Counted from the first letter of the stretch, positions 40,001 to 48,881 are shown. The stretch: 64,000 bases of DNA from an uncultured Bordetella sp. (GCA_964533495.1 CAZHJU010000003.1:18995-82994); one strand, 5' to 3'. Translations and numbers: made by a program. The notes: a model not told the origin generated them from the letters alone.

Positions 40001-40778
40001 GCGGCCCGCGCTCGGCGACGACGTCGTCGTGCGTTCACCCGCCGGCAAACCCGCCGAACGCGCGCCCGCCCTGCCGGTGCAGCTCGACGTTGGCATCGAC
40101 CTCAACGACCGGCTGGCGCTGCGCGGCAACGGCCTCGACGCGCTGCTCGGCGGCAGCGTGCGCGTGCGCAGCCAGGCGACGGGCCTCGCCGCCACGGGCA
40201 GCGTGCACACGGTGCGCGGCAGCTACCAGGTATTCAACCAGACGCTCGAAATCGAGCGCGGCACGGTGACTTTCGGCGGCCCGCTGACGAATCCGGCGCT
40301 CGACCTGCGCGCGATGCGGAAATTCGCCACGGCCGAAGTCGGCGTCGAGGTCGGCGGCTCGCTGCAGCGGCCGCAGGTGAGGCTGGTTTCGACGCCCGAC
40401 ATGCCGGACTCGGACCGGCTGGCCTGGCTCGCGCTGGGCCGCGATCCCCAAGGCTCCGACCGCGCGCAGCTGGCGGTGCTGCAGGCGGCGGCCCTCAGCT
40501 TCGCCGGCGGGGGCGGCAAGCCGCTGACCGGGCGCATCGCCGAAGGCGTCGGCCTCGACGAGCTCGGATTTGCCGGCGGCGAGGGCAACGCGCTCGGCAT
40601 GGTCACCCTCGGCAAGCGGCTGACCGACCGCCTGAGCATCCGCCTCGAGCAGACGCTGGGCGGCACCGCCGGCAGCCTGCTGCGCATGGATTATTTCCTG
40701 TCGGAGCGCTGGCGGCTGCGCGGCACGGCCGGCGCCGAGAACGCGGGGGACATCCTGTTCACCTGGCGTTTCGACTGA
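37059..40778 (+). CDS. tamB: translocation and assembly module protein TamB
   Basis: ATG 37059 within ORF 35352..40778, 2 nt after tamA. About 1239 aa with an N-terminal anchor and a DUF490-like C-terminus (...LSERWRLRGTAGAENAGDILFTWRFD). Confidence 0.85.
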   Translation: MARYNRRKTVLRVLSVAALSCALAVAATLGWLATPQARDWVAARIVAMDPARIALENVEGSLLGELRIGRLHVDGGDFTLEGEAIVLDWRPARLLSGTISLRRVHAASLAYSSRSKTTATLPQSLALPFALDIAALDIGRLQLPGLPEIRELRLVYSGNGASHRLGLPGIRVADCTLDGDATVGAQRPFAIEGRLQGACGDLLDARAQLTGSLETLRVALDADGRGAKAQGRALLSPFSPQPLRELDLSAQDIDPRLWRAGLPHARVALRATAAPKDGHVAGTLDLENAAAGSIDGGRVPVTGAKLRWSLTPGRYAAENLSIALSGGGLADGSGHWLPGAEMGAAELRLRNIAAAQIDRRLQALRLDGHARVRGDLRQQRLDTRLNAAGAQLTAGLLHAGGRITLEESLLRARQGEARLSGHVALEGPRGYALRAQLRRFDPSAIAAAPPAQLSGLVTAEGRLAPSWQARIVADLADSRFRGRPFAAAADFTGSAARWFDGRARVVAGRNRLELEGRYGQAADILSATVAADDLRELDPGWSGRLHSSGTLGTAKEGPLIGIELDAADLALPALRLARAGLRGSLAPGADGSLRMNLDARNLQWSGQTVERLQLSADGTRARHRIEGRADGKALSLALAASGGLDASPVWRGTLDRLENGAPWTLRLTAPAAIAAGPAQFSVDGLRAAVLGGSIGPLSLQWTPETLRSEGTFRNVAVAPLLPRDAGLEAPALRAGGEWHLELAETLDGRLTLRREAGDLAISGDSPVALALRAASLDIRAKAGEIDAAAEIDSAAMGNARLQARSRVLRREGRWMMPGDAPLSGNLALALHSLAWARVLAPEFDRIDGSLTAQVEAGGTVAAPRLTGSIDSKQIALRAVGPGIDLRDGRLRATLDGSRLRLEEFEIRAGKGRITAAGDADLDGGLQRLELQARAERAQILLTPQWNATVSGGGNLGLRDRRIAIDGRFVLDEGRYDLGNQMRPALGDDVVVRSPAGKPAERAPALPVQLDVGIDLNDRLALRGNGLDALLGGSVRVRSQATGLAATGSVHTVRGSYQVFNQTLEIERGTVTFGGPLTNPALDLRAMRKFATAEVGVEVGGSLQRPQVRLVSTPDMPDSDRLAWLALGRDPQGSDRAQLAVLQAAALSFAGGGGKPLTGRIAEGVGLDELGFAGGEGNALGMVTLGKRLTDRLSIRLEQTLGGTAGSLLRMDYFLSERWRLRGTAGAENAGDILFTWRFD

Positions 40779-40866
40779 GCGGCGCCCCTCCGATATACAA
40801 GGCCCCACAAGTTACATAGAATGGGCCGCCACATACCAAAACGCAGATCACAGATCGGAGGAGATC

Positions 40867-41850
40867 ATGGTGGAAAAGAAATACCGGAAATTGCTGGCCC
40901 TGGGCGCGATCGCGGCCGCAGGCGTGCTCGTTGCAGGCGCCGCCTCGGCGCAGAACTGGCCGACCCGGGCAATCCGCATCATCAACCCCTTCCCCGCGGG
41001 CGGCGGCACCGACGCGTTCGCGCGCCCGATGGCGGCCCTCATGCCCACGGATCTCGGCCAGCAGGTGCTGATCGAGAATCTCGGCGGCGCCGGCGGCACG
41101 CTGGGCGCAGGCACCGCGTCGCGCGCCCAGGGCGACGGCTACACCTGGTTCATGGGCGCCGTGCACCACACCATCGCGGAAACGCTGTACCGCAAGCTGA
41201 GCTACAGCTTGGAGCGCGATTTCGTGCCGGTCACGCTGGCCGCCTCGGTGCCCAGCGCCGTGGTCGTGCATCCTTCGGTTCCCGCAAAAACCGTCAAGGA
41301 ACTGATCGCCCTCGACAAGCGCTCGCCCGGCGCCATCAACTACGGCTCCGCGGGTTACGGCACCACCCACCACATGAACGGCGAGCTGTTCAACCTGATC
41401 ACAGGCACCAAGCTGACCCATGTGCCGTACAAGGGCGCGGGGCCGCTGACTCCGGCGCTGCTGTCGGGCGAGGTGGCGATGGCCTTCGACGGCATGGGCA
41501 CCGCCGGACCCAACGTCAAGGCCGGCAAGCTGCGCGCGCTGGCGGTCACCACCGCCAAACGCTCGGACCTGCTGCCCGAGGTGCCGACGCTGCAGGAATC
41601 CGGCATCGACATCAACGTCACCACCTGGTACGCGCTGTGGGGCATCAAGGGCACGCCGCAGCCGATCGTCGACCGCATGTACCAGGTCACGGCGAAGACG
41701 CTGAACGCGCCCCAGGTCAAGAAGATATGGGATTCGCTCGGCGCCACCGCCGGCGGCCAGTCTCCGGCGGAGTTCGGCAAGTTCGTCCGCGGCGAGATCG
41801 AGACCTGGGGCAAGGTCGTGAAGGCGTCAGGTGCCAAAGTCGAAAACTGA
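40867..41850 (+). CDS. Bug/TctC-family periplasmic solute-binding protein
   Basis: 327 aa, GGAGGAG SD. Signal peptide ...GAASAQN, then TRAIRIINPFPAGGGTD, YGSAGYGTTHHM, HVPYKGAGPL. Confidence 0.9.
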   Translation: MVEKKYRKLLALGAIAAAGVLVAGAASAQNWPTRAIRIINPFPAGGGTDAFARPMAALMPTDLGQQVLIENLGGAGGTLGAGTASRAQGDGYTWFMGAVHHTIAETLYRKLSYSLERDFVPVTLAASVPSAVVVHPSVPAKTVKELIALDKRSPGAINYGSAGYGTTHHMNGELFNLITGTKLTHVPYKGAGPLTPALLSGEVAMAFDGMGTAGPNVKAGKLRALAVTTAKRSDLLPEVPTLQESGIDINVTTWYALWGIKGTPQPIVDRMYQVTAKTLNAPQVKKIWDSLGATAGGQSPAEFGKFVRGEIETWGKVVKASGAKVEN

Positions 41851-43156
41851 CGACACCGCCGCACCGGAGGCGGGGCTGCTGGCCCGCCTCTGGCGCGGTC
41901 TCGCCCGGCGCGGCCGCACCCTCAACGAAAAACGGACGCAGCAGTGGCTTGCGCAGGCGGCGGAAACGCTGAGATCCGAACTCGGCGAAGCCTCCGGCGT
42001 GTCCCTCGCGCGCCGCATCACCGATCGCTACGCGGCGCTGCCGCCTGAAGGCCGCCTCGATTTCCTGCGCATGCTGGCGACGCGCTTCTCGACCGACGCC
42101 GGAAAACTCGACGCCGCGATCCGCCACTATGCCGCGCACCCCGGCCCCGCCGCCGCTCACCTGCTGCACACCGCCGCCGAATCGCGCCGCCAGGAAGTGC
42201 TGCGCCGGCTCAATTTCGCGCCCAGCGGCACGGCGGCGCTGCTGCGCATGCGCGAGGACGTGCTGGAACTGCTGCCGCAGCACCCGGAACTCGGCGAAGT
42301 GGATGCCGATTTCGAACACCTGTTCCGCTCCTGGTTCAACCGCGGCTTCCTGCAGCTGAAGCGGATCGACTGGCACACGCCGGCGGTCGTGCTCGAGAAA
42401 ATCATCCGCTACGAAGCGGTGCATGAAATTTCGGGATGGAGCGATCTGCGCCGCCGGCTCGATCCGCCGGACCGCAAGTGCTTCGCGTTCTTCCACCCCA
42501 CACTGGCCGACGATCCGCTGATTTTCGTCGAGGTCGCGCTGACGGAGGACATTCCCGACGCCATCGGCCCGCTGCTCGCCGACGGCCGGCCGCCGCTCGA
42601 CGTGCGCTCGGCGCGGACCGCCGTGTTCTATTCGATCTCGAACTGCCAGAAGGCGCTGCGCGGCGTGTCCTTCGGCAACTTCCTGATCAAGCAGGTCGCC
42701 GAGGAACTGAAGCGCGATTTTCCGCAACTGCGCAATTTCGTCACGCTGTCCCCGGTGCCCGGCTTCGTGTCGTGGCTCAAACGCGCGCATCCCGGGGCGC
42801 CGGAACTGCAGGCCATCGCGCAGCCCGGCTGGCATGCCGATGCCGCCGCTGCGGAGCGCCTGCGTCCGGGCCTGCAGGCGCTGCTGGTGTCCTACCTGCT
42901 GGAGGCAAAAACCGACAGCGGCCGCCCCGCCGATCCGGTGGGACGATTCCATCTCGGCAACGGCGCCTGCATCGAGCATGTGCGCTGGCTCGGCGACGTG
43001 TCCGAAAAAGGCCTGCACAACGCCGCCGGATTCATGGTGAACTACCTCTACGACCTCGACAACATCGAGGCCAACCACGAGGCGCACTTCAACCACGGCG
43101 CGATCTTCGCATCGCACCAGGTGCGCGCGCTGCGCCCGAAAAACGGCCGCGGCTGA
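41831..43156 (+). CDS. malonyl-CoA decarboxylase (MCD/MatA family)
   Basis: 441 aa. FLQLKRIDW, LIFVEVAL, FYSISNCQKALRGVSFGNFLIKQV, TLSPVPGF motifs. GTG start at 41831 overlaps the Bug gene by 20 nt, so the start is uncertain. Confidence 0.85.
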   Translation: MPKSKTDDTAAPEAGLLARLWRGLARRGRTLNEKRTQQWLAQAAETLRSELGEASGVSLARRITDRYAALPPEGRLDFLRMLATRFSTDAGKLDAAIRHYAAHPGPAAAHLLHTAAESRRQEVLRRLNFAPSGTAALLRMREDVLELLPQHPELGEVDADFEHLFRSWFNRGFLQLKRIDWHTPAVVLEKIIRYEAVHEISGWSDLRRRLDPPDRKCFAFFHPTLADDPLIFVEVALTEDIPDAIGPLLADGRPPLDVRSARTAVFYSISNCQKALRGVSFGNFLIKQVAEELKRDFPQLRNFVTLSPVPGFVSWLKRAHPGAPELQAIAQPGWHADAAAAERLRPGLQALLVSYLLEAKTDSGRPADPVGRFHLGNGACIEHVRWLGDVSEKGLHNAAGFMVNYLYDLDNIEANHEAHFNHGAIFASHQVRALRPKNGRG

Positions 43157-43172
43157 ACCCGCGGCCGGCCGT

Positions 43173-43733
43173 TCAGCGCTTCTTGCCGAGCAGCGTGCCG
43201 CGGCAGTTGCGCGCGCCGCAATGGCAGGGATGCTCGCGCTTGAGCTTCGGCGTGTGGCGCTCTTCCAGCACCAGGTTGTAGTCGTACAACAGCTCCTGCC
43301 CCGGACGGATCGCGCGCGCGGCGCTGATGAACACGCGGCCGTCGATCTCGTCGGCCTCGCAGTTCGGGGCGCAGGAATGGTTGATCCAGCGCGCGGGACC
43401 GCCGCGTTTCGTGGCATCGATGACGATTTCGTCGTTGGCCGCGAACAGCATGGTGTGCGAGGAATTTTCGTGGATCTCGCCGTAGCGGCGGTCCGCCTCC
43501 TCGTGGGAAATGCGCTCCCCGGTGTACTCGAGGATGCGTTCGCCCCTGGCGACCGCGTTCACGGCGAACACGCCCCGGCCGTGAATGGCCGAGCGCCGGA
43601 CCACGACGCGCGGCATGGGGTTTTTTGCTGCCTTCCTGCCAGCGGCCTTTTTCGGGACCACCTTGGGCTTTTTAACTAACTCTTTGTTTTTAAACGATTT
43701 TTTTGATTTGCTGTGGGTTTTCTTCTGGCTCAT
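43173..43733 (-). CDS. SET-domain protein-lysine N-methyltransferase with a Lys-rich N-terminal tail
   Basis: 186 aa. GRGVFA, RWINHSCAPNC, ELLYDY and post-SET CHCGARNCRG motifs. N-terminus MSQKKTHSKSKKSFKNKELVKKPKVVPKK. The ATG overlaps the upstream dehydratase stop (ATGA). Confidence 0.88.
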   Translation of the reverse strand: MSQKKTHSKSKKSFKNKELVKKPKVVPKKAAGRKAAKNPMPRVVVRRSAIHGRGVFAVNAVARGERILEYTGERISHEEADRRYGEIHENSSHTMLFAANDEIVIDATKRGGPARWINHSCAPNCEADEIDGRVFISAARAIRPGQELLYDYNLVLEERHTPKLKREHPCHCGARNCRGTLLGKKR

Positions 43734-45466
43734 TTCGGACGTGGTGTTGAAGTCGTGGTTTCGGGTTTGAGAAAAGAGAAGTCGCAGCCCTCATCGGCCT
43801 GCGTGATCTGCTCCATGAACAGCTTGCGGTAGCCGCGCCGGTCGTCCTTGCGCGGCTTCGGCGCCTTCCAGGCCTTGCGCCGCCGCGCCAGTTCTTCGTC
43901 ATCGACCAGCAGTTCGAGCCTGCGCGCCGGCACGTCGAGGCGGATGCGGTCGCCGTTGCGCACCAGCGCCAGCGTGCCGCCGACCGCCGACTCCGGCGTC
44001 ACGTGCAGCACGATCGCGCCGAAGGCGGTGCCGCTCATGCGCGCGTCGGAAATGCGGATCATGTCCTTGACGCCTTTCGACGCCAGCTTTTTCGGAATCG
44101 GCAGGTAACCCGCCTCCGGCATGCCCGGCGCGCCGATCGGACCGGCGTTCTTCAGCACCAGGATGTCGTCCGCGCGAACGTCGAGCTCCGGATCGTCGAC
44201 GCGTTCGGCCATGTCCGGCAGCGATTCGAACACCACCGCGCGGCCCTCGTGGCGCACCAGTTTCGGATCCATCGCCGCCTGCTTGATGATCGCGCCGCCC
44301 GGCGCGAGGTTGCCGCGCAGCACGGCGATGCTGCCGCCGGCGAACACCGGATCCCCGAATTCGCGCACCACCTGCTGGTCCCAGCCCGGCGGCGCGTCGT
44401 CGATGTTCTGGCCCAGCGTCCTGCCGGTGACCGTCAGCGCCTTCAGGTTCAGCTGGTGCCTGATCTCGCGCAGGATCGTCGTCAGGCCGCCGGCCCTGTA
44501 GAGATCCTCCATATAGCCCTGCCCGGTCGGCTTCAGGTCGACCAGCACCGGCGTTTCGCGGCCCATCCTGTCGAAGGCATCCAGGTCCAGCCGGATGCCC
44601 AGCCGGCCCGCCATCGCCGCGAGGTGCACGATGGCGTTGGTGGAGCCGCCGACGGCGAACAGCGCGCACAGCGCGTTCTCGAAGGCCTCCACCGTCATGA
44701 TCCTGTCCGGCGTCAGCTTTTCCTTCGCCATCGCCACGGCGCGCGCGCCGCTGGCCTCGGCCTGGCGCAGGCGGTCGGCCATCACCGCCGGCACCGCGGC
44801 GCCGCCCGGCAGCATCATTCCCAGCGCCTCGGTGCACAGCGCCATCGTGCTCGCCGTGCCCATCACCATGCAGGTGCCGGCCGAGGGCGCGAGCTTGTTG
44901 TTGATCTCGCCGATTTCCTGCTCGGAAATCTCGGAGGCGCGGAACTTGCCCCAGAAGCGGCGGCAGTCGGTGCAGGCGCCGAGGCGCTCGCCCTTGTGGT
45001 CGCCGGTGATCATCGGACCGGTGACCAGCATGATGGAGGGAATGTTCGCGCTCGCCGCGCCCATCAGCAGCGCCGGCACCGTCTTGTCGCAGCCGCCGAT
45101 CAGCACCACCGAATCCACCGGCTGCGCGCGCATCATCTCCTCGGTGTCGATCGCCATCAGGTTGCGCAGGTACATGCTGGTCGGATGCGCGAAGGATTCG
45201 TGCAGCGTGATCACCGGGAACTCCACCGGCAGCCCGCCGGCGAGCATCACGCCGCGCTTCACCGCCTCGATCAGCTCGGGCACATTGCGGTGGCAGGCGT
45301 TGAAGCCGCTGAAGGTGTTGGTGATGCCGACGATCGGCCGGTCCAGCGCCTCGTCGGTGTAACCCATCGCCTTGACGAAGGCCTTGCGCAGGAACAGCGA
45401 AAAACCCTCGTCGCCATAGGCGGTCAGGCCCTTGCGCATGCCGGTCTTGGGTGTCTTTCTGGCCAT
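43730..45466 (-). CDS. IlvD/Edd-family dehydratase (sugar-acid/dihydroxy-acid dehydratase-like)
   Basis: ATG 45466 (MARKTPK) in ORF 43730..45538. LIGGCDKTVPALLMG and the overall IlvD/Edd layout. About 578 aa. Confidence 0.88.
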   Translation of the reverse strand: MARKTPKTGMRKGLTAYGDEGFSLFLRKAFVKAMGYTDEALDRPIVGITNTFSGFNACHRNVPELIEAVKRGVMLAGGLPVEFPVITLHESFAHPTSMYLRNLMAIDTEEMMRAQPVDSVVLIGGCDKTVPALLMGAASANIPSIMLVTGPMITGDHKGERLGACTDCRRFWGKFRASEISEQEIGEINNKLAPSAGTCMVMGTASTMALCTEALGMMLPGGAAVPAVMADRLRQAEASGARAVAMAKEKLTPDRIMTVEAFENALCALFAVGGSTNAIVHLAAMAGRLGIRLDLDAFDRMGRETPVLVDLKPTGQGYMEDLYRAGGLTTILREIRHQLNLKALTVTGRTLGQNIDDAPPGWDQQVVREFGDPVFAGGSIAVLRGNLAPGGAIIKQAAMDPKLVRHEGRAVVFESLPDMAERVDDPELDVRADDILVLKNAGPIGAPGMPEAGYLPIPKKLASKGVKDMIRISDARMSGTAFGAIVLHVTPESAVGGTLALVRNGDRIRLDVPARRLELLVDDEELARRRKAWKAPKPRKDDRRGYRKLFMEQITQADEGCDFSFLKPETTTSTPRPK

Positions 45467-45584
45467 GAAATCGCTCTTTAGCTGGAGGTTGTGCGGGATG
45501 GAGCGCATCGCTGCGGCAGGTCCCGCGCTGCCGGGCACCGACGATAGCGGATGCCGGCACCGCGACGCAAGCCGTACGTGACGG

Positions 45585-46643
45585 TCAGAACGGCAGCAGG
45601 TCGCGCAGGCCGGTGTCGGCGGCGATCGCGGCCAGCCCGGCGCGCGTGTCCTCGGGCAGCAGCAGGCCGTCGCGGCGGTTGGCGAGATCGCTGGCGGCCT
45701 CCAGTTCGCCCGGGTAGTGCACCGCGTCGTGCCCCTGCGCCAGCGGCACCGACTTCAGCTCGCCGATGTACCGCTCCATGCGTGCATGGAACTGCGCCAG
45801 CGGCTGGAAAGCCCCGATGTCGACGGCGATCATGAAATGGCCGCAGTTGCTCTTCTCGGCCGTCCTGTAGGGACTGTGCACCTGCGACAGGAAGCCGCTG
45901 CCGGTCAGCACGCCGGACAGCACGTCGACCATCATCGCGATGGCGTAGCCCTTGTGCCCGGCCATCGGCAGGATGATGCCGTCGATCGCCGCCTGCGGAT
46001 CCGTCGTCGGCGCACCGTCCTGGTCGATGGCCCAGCCCTCGGGGATCGGCTGGCGCCGGTTGCGCGCGAGGTAGATCTTGCCGCGCGCGACGCCGGTGTT
46101 GGCCATGTCCATCAGGAAAGGCGGATGCTTGCCGGCCGGCGCCGCCACCGACCAGGGATTGGTGCCGACGATCTTCTTCCGGCCGCCCCAGGGCGCCATC
46201 GCCGGCCCGCCGTTGCTGGTCAGCCAGGTCACGCAGCCGTCGAGTGCGCCCAGCCGCGTGTAATACATGCAGGTGCCAAAATGGTTGGACATGCGCACGC
46301 CGACCACGCCGACGCCATGCTGCTTCGCGCGCCTCACGGCCTCGCGCGTCGCCTGCAGCGTCAGCACGTGGCCGACGCCATCGTGGCCGTCGATCAGCGC
46401 CACCGCGCCCGCGTCGACCACGAACTCGGGTTTCGTCACCGGCGACATCACGCCGTGGCGGATGCGGTCCAGATACCAGCCCAGGCGCAGCACGCCGTGC
46501 GACTGGTGCCCCCACAGATCCGCCTGCACCAGCGTGTCGGCGACCAGCGCGGCATCGGCCTCCGGCATGCCGGCCTGGCGATAGACGGCCGCCGCGAAGG
46601 CGTTCAGCCGCCCGGCATCGATGCGCGGGTCCTGCTGCGCCAT
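45585..46643 (-). CDS. Ldh_2-family (malate/L-lactate/ureidoglycolate dehydrogenase type 2) oxidoreductase
   Basis: 352 aa. DLWGHQSHGVLRL and PMAGHKGYAIAMMVDVL motifs. Its start shares 1 nt with the upstream stop. Confidence 0.8.
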   Translation of the reverse strand: MAQQDPRIDAGRLNAFAAAVYRQAGMPEADAALVADTLVQADLWGHQSHGVLRLGWYLDRIRHGVMSPVTKPEFVVDAGAVALIDGHDGVGHVLTLQATREAVRRAKQHGVGVVGVRMSNHFGTCMYYTRLGALDGCVTWLTSNGGPAMAPWGGRKKIVGTNPWSVAAPAGKHPPFLMDMANTGVARGKIYLARNRRQPIPEGWAIDQDGAPTTDPQAAIDGIILPMAGHKGYAIAMMVDVLSGVLTGSGFLSQVHSPYRTAEKSNCGHFMIAVDIGAFQPLAQFHARMERYIGELKSVPLAQGHDAVHYPGELEAASDLANRRDGLLLPEDTRAGLAAIAADTGLRDLLPF

Positions 46644-47728
46644 CAGGCCACTGCGGCCAGCAGCTTCGCGCTGCGCAGATGCCTGACCACGGCCTCGCCG
46701 AAGCCCCTAGTATTGCCGCGCCCGCCGAGGTCGCCGGTGCGTGCCTCGGGATCGGCCAGCGCGGCATCCACCGCCGCCTGGACCGCACGCCAGGCCTGCT
46801 GGAAAACCGGCTTGCCATGGCGGATGCCCAGCCATTCGAGCAGCATGCCCGCCGACAGGATCATGCCGGTCGGGTTGGCGATGCCCTTGCCGGCGATGTC
46901 GGGCGCCGAGCCGTGTCCGGCGTTGGCGATCGCGCGGCTGTCGCCGGCGTTGATCGCCGCCGCCATGCCCAGCCCGCCGGACAGCGCCACGGCGAGGTTC
47001 GACAGGATGTCGCCGAACATGTTGGAGATCAGGATCACGTCATGGCGCCCGGGGCGGGTGTAGATGTCGGCCGCCATCGCGTCGATGTCCATCTCGCGCA
47101 GCACGGTGTCCGGCCGCGCCTTCGCCAGCGCGTAGGCCGGCTCCATGAACAGCCCGTCGCTCATCTGCAGCACGTGGCGCTTGCCGACCACCGTGACGCG
47201 CCTGCTGCGCCGCGCGGCGTATTCGAAGGCCACCTTCGCGATGCGCTCCGAGCCCTGGCGCGTGATCTTGCGCACCGACAGCGCGACGTCCGCGGTCGGC
47301 ATGAATTCGCCGTTGCCCTGGAACATCGTGCGGTCGGAATAGAAGCCCTCGGTGTTCTCGCGCGCGATCAGCACGTCGAGATCCTTGCGCGCATCCGGCA
47401 GCCCAGCGCGGCTGCGCGCCGGCCGCAGGTTGGCATAGAGGTCGAGCCGCTTGCGGATCGTGCCGGGGATGTTGACGCCGCCCTCGGCGAGCGACGGATA
47501 GTCGGTCATGCCGCAGGGGCCGACGATGGCCGCATCCGCCTCCTCCGCCATCCGGACCGCGGCCTCGGTCAGCGTGGTGCCGTGCTTGCGGTGGCTGCCC
47601 ATGCCGACCTCGACATCGGTGAAGCGCAGCCCCAGCGAAAACTCGGCGTCTGCCGCCTTCACCACCGCCATCGCGACGGCAACGATTTCCGGGCCGATGT
47701 CGTCACCGGCCATCACCACCAGATTCAT
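46643..47728 (-). CDS. isocitrate/isopropylmalate dehydrogenase-family oxidative decarboxylase (tartrate dehydrogenase-like)
   Basis: 361 aa. MAGDDIGPEIV, ARENTEGFYS, NMFGDILSNLA, GSAPDIAGKGIANP motifs. Confidence 0.85.
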   Translation of the reverse strand: MNLVVMAGDDIGPEIVAVAMAVVKAADAEFSLGLRFTDVEVGMGSHRKHGTTLTEAAVRMAEEADAAIVGPCGMTDYPSLAEGGVNIPGTIRKRLDLYANLRPARSRAGLPDARKDLDVLIARENTEGFYSDRTMFQGNGEFMPTADVALSVRKITRQGSERIAKVAFEYAARRSRRVTVVGKRHVLQMSDGLFMEPAYALAKARPDTVLREMDIDAMAADIYTRPGRHDVILISNMFGDILSNLAVALSGGLGMAAAINAGDSRAIANAGHGSAPDIAGKGIANPTGMILSAGMLLEWLGIRHGKPVFQQAWRAVQAAVDAALADPEARTGDLGGRGNTRGFGEAVVRHLRSAKLLAAVA

Positions 47729-47777
47729 GCCTGCTCCCGTTTCCGTTTGTCACCGCTATTGAAAAACAGGGCGGAAA

Positions 47778-48749
47778 TCATTCCGCCTTGATGTTGGCTT
47801 CCTTCACGACGCGCACCCAGCGCTGGTAATCCCTCTGGATGCGCTCGCCGAATTTCTGCGGCGTGCCGCCGGTCTGCACCATGCCCTGGTCGAAGAGGTT
47901 CTTGCGCATGTCGGGTTCTTCCAGCGCCTTGTTGATCGCGCCGTTGATGCGGTCGATCGCGGCCTGCGGCGTGCCGCGCGGCGCCATCGTGCCGAACCAC
48001 AACTCGACCTCGTAGCCAAGCAGCGTCTCGGCCACCGTCGGCACCTCCGGCAGCGAAACCCAGCGCTGGGCCGTGGTCACCGCCAGCGGACGCAGCCTGC
48101 CGGTCTTGAAATGCGGCACCACCGGCAGCAGGCTGCCGACGATGATCGGCGCCTGGCCCGACAGCAGGTCGGCCATCGCCGCCCCCGTGCTCTTGTAGGG
48201 AATGTGCACCATCCTGATGTTGGCCGTCACGTTCATCAACTCGGTGGCGAGATGGGTCAGGCCGCCGACGCCGCTGGAAGCATAGGGCAACTGGCCGGGC
48301 TTGGCCTTGGCCAGCGCGATTAGCTCCTTCAGGTTTTTCGGCGGCAGCGACGGATGCACGGTCACGACGAAGGGCGTGATGCCGAATTCGGCCACGGGAA
48401 TGATGGCGTTGATCGGATCAAAGGCCGGCCTGTGGGTGGCGGCGCTCGCCGAGAAGCTGCCCGACATCATCATGATCGTGTAGCCGTCGGGCGGCGCCTT
48501 GGCCACCATCTCCATGCCGATGATGCCGCCGGCGCCGCCGCGGTTGTCGACGATGAACTGCTGGCCCAGCGCCGCGCCGAGCTTCATGGAAAACTGGCGC
48601 GCGGTCAGGTCGCTGCCGCCGCCCGGCGCAAACGGCACGATCACGCGCACCGGCTTCGCGGGATATTGCTGCGCGGCTGCGGGCTGCGCAAACGGCACCG
48701 CGGCCAGCGCAAGAAGAACGGTCAGGGCCTGTCGGACCGCATGGTTCAT
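47778..48749 (-). CDS. Bug/TctC-family periplasmic solute-binding protein
   Basis: 323 aa, GGAGGAG SD. Signal peptide ...AQPAAAQQ, then AKPVRVIVPFAPGGGSD, YASSGVGGLTHL, HIPYKSTGAA. First gene of the operon. Confidence 0.9.
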   Translation of the reverse strand: MNHAVRQALTVLLALAAVPFAQPAAAQQYPAKPVRVIVPFAPGGGSDLTARQFSMKLGAALGQQFIVDNRGGAGGIIGMEMVAKAPPDGYTIMMMSGSFSASAATHRPAFDPINAIIPVAEFGITPFVVTVHPSLPPKNLKELIALAKAKPGQLPYASSGVGGLTHLATELMNVTANIRMVHIPYKSTGAAMADLLSGQAPIIVGSLLPVVPHFKTGRLRPLAVTTAQRWVSLPEVPTVAETLLGYEVELWFGTMAPRGTPQAAIDRINGAINKALEEPDMRKNLFDQGMVQTGGTPQKFGERIQRDYQRWVRVVKEANIKAE

Positions 48750-48853
48750 GGTCGATCTCCTCCTCGGTTGTGGATCGCGCCCGGCCGCCCCCCTTTTCTT
48801 CTATATGACCGGGCATTGCGGACAGTGACCGGCAAAGATGATGGCTTGGCCAT

Positions 48854-48881
48854 ATTGCATAATCTTTATAAAAAATGCAAT
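48854..48881. promoter_or_regulatory. inverted repeat ATTGCAT-N14-ATGCAAT (candidate GntR-type operator)
   Basis: Perfect 7-bp arms at 48854..48860 and 48875..48881, in the AT-rich divergent region between the Bug operon and the GntR gene. Confidence 0.45.

Noticed and set aside
43640-43733. The AT-rich stretch at the 5' end of the SET gene as a separate non-coding element.
   Set aside because: It is in frame with the SET domain and encodes the Lys-rich tail (AAA/AAG codons). The ATG overlaps the upstream stop, so it is coding sequence.
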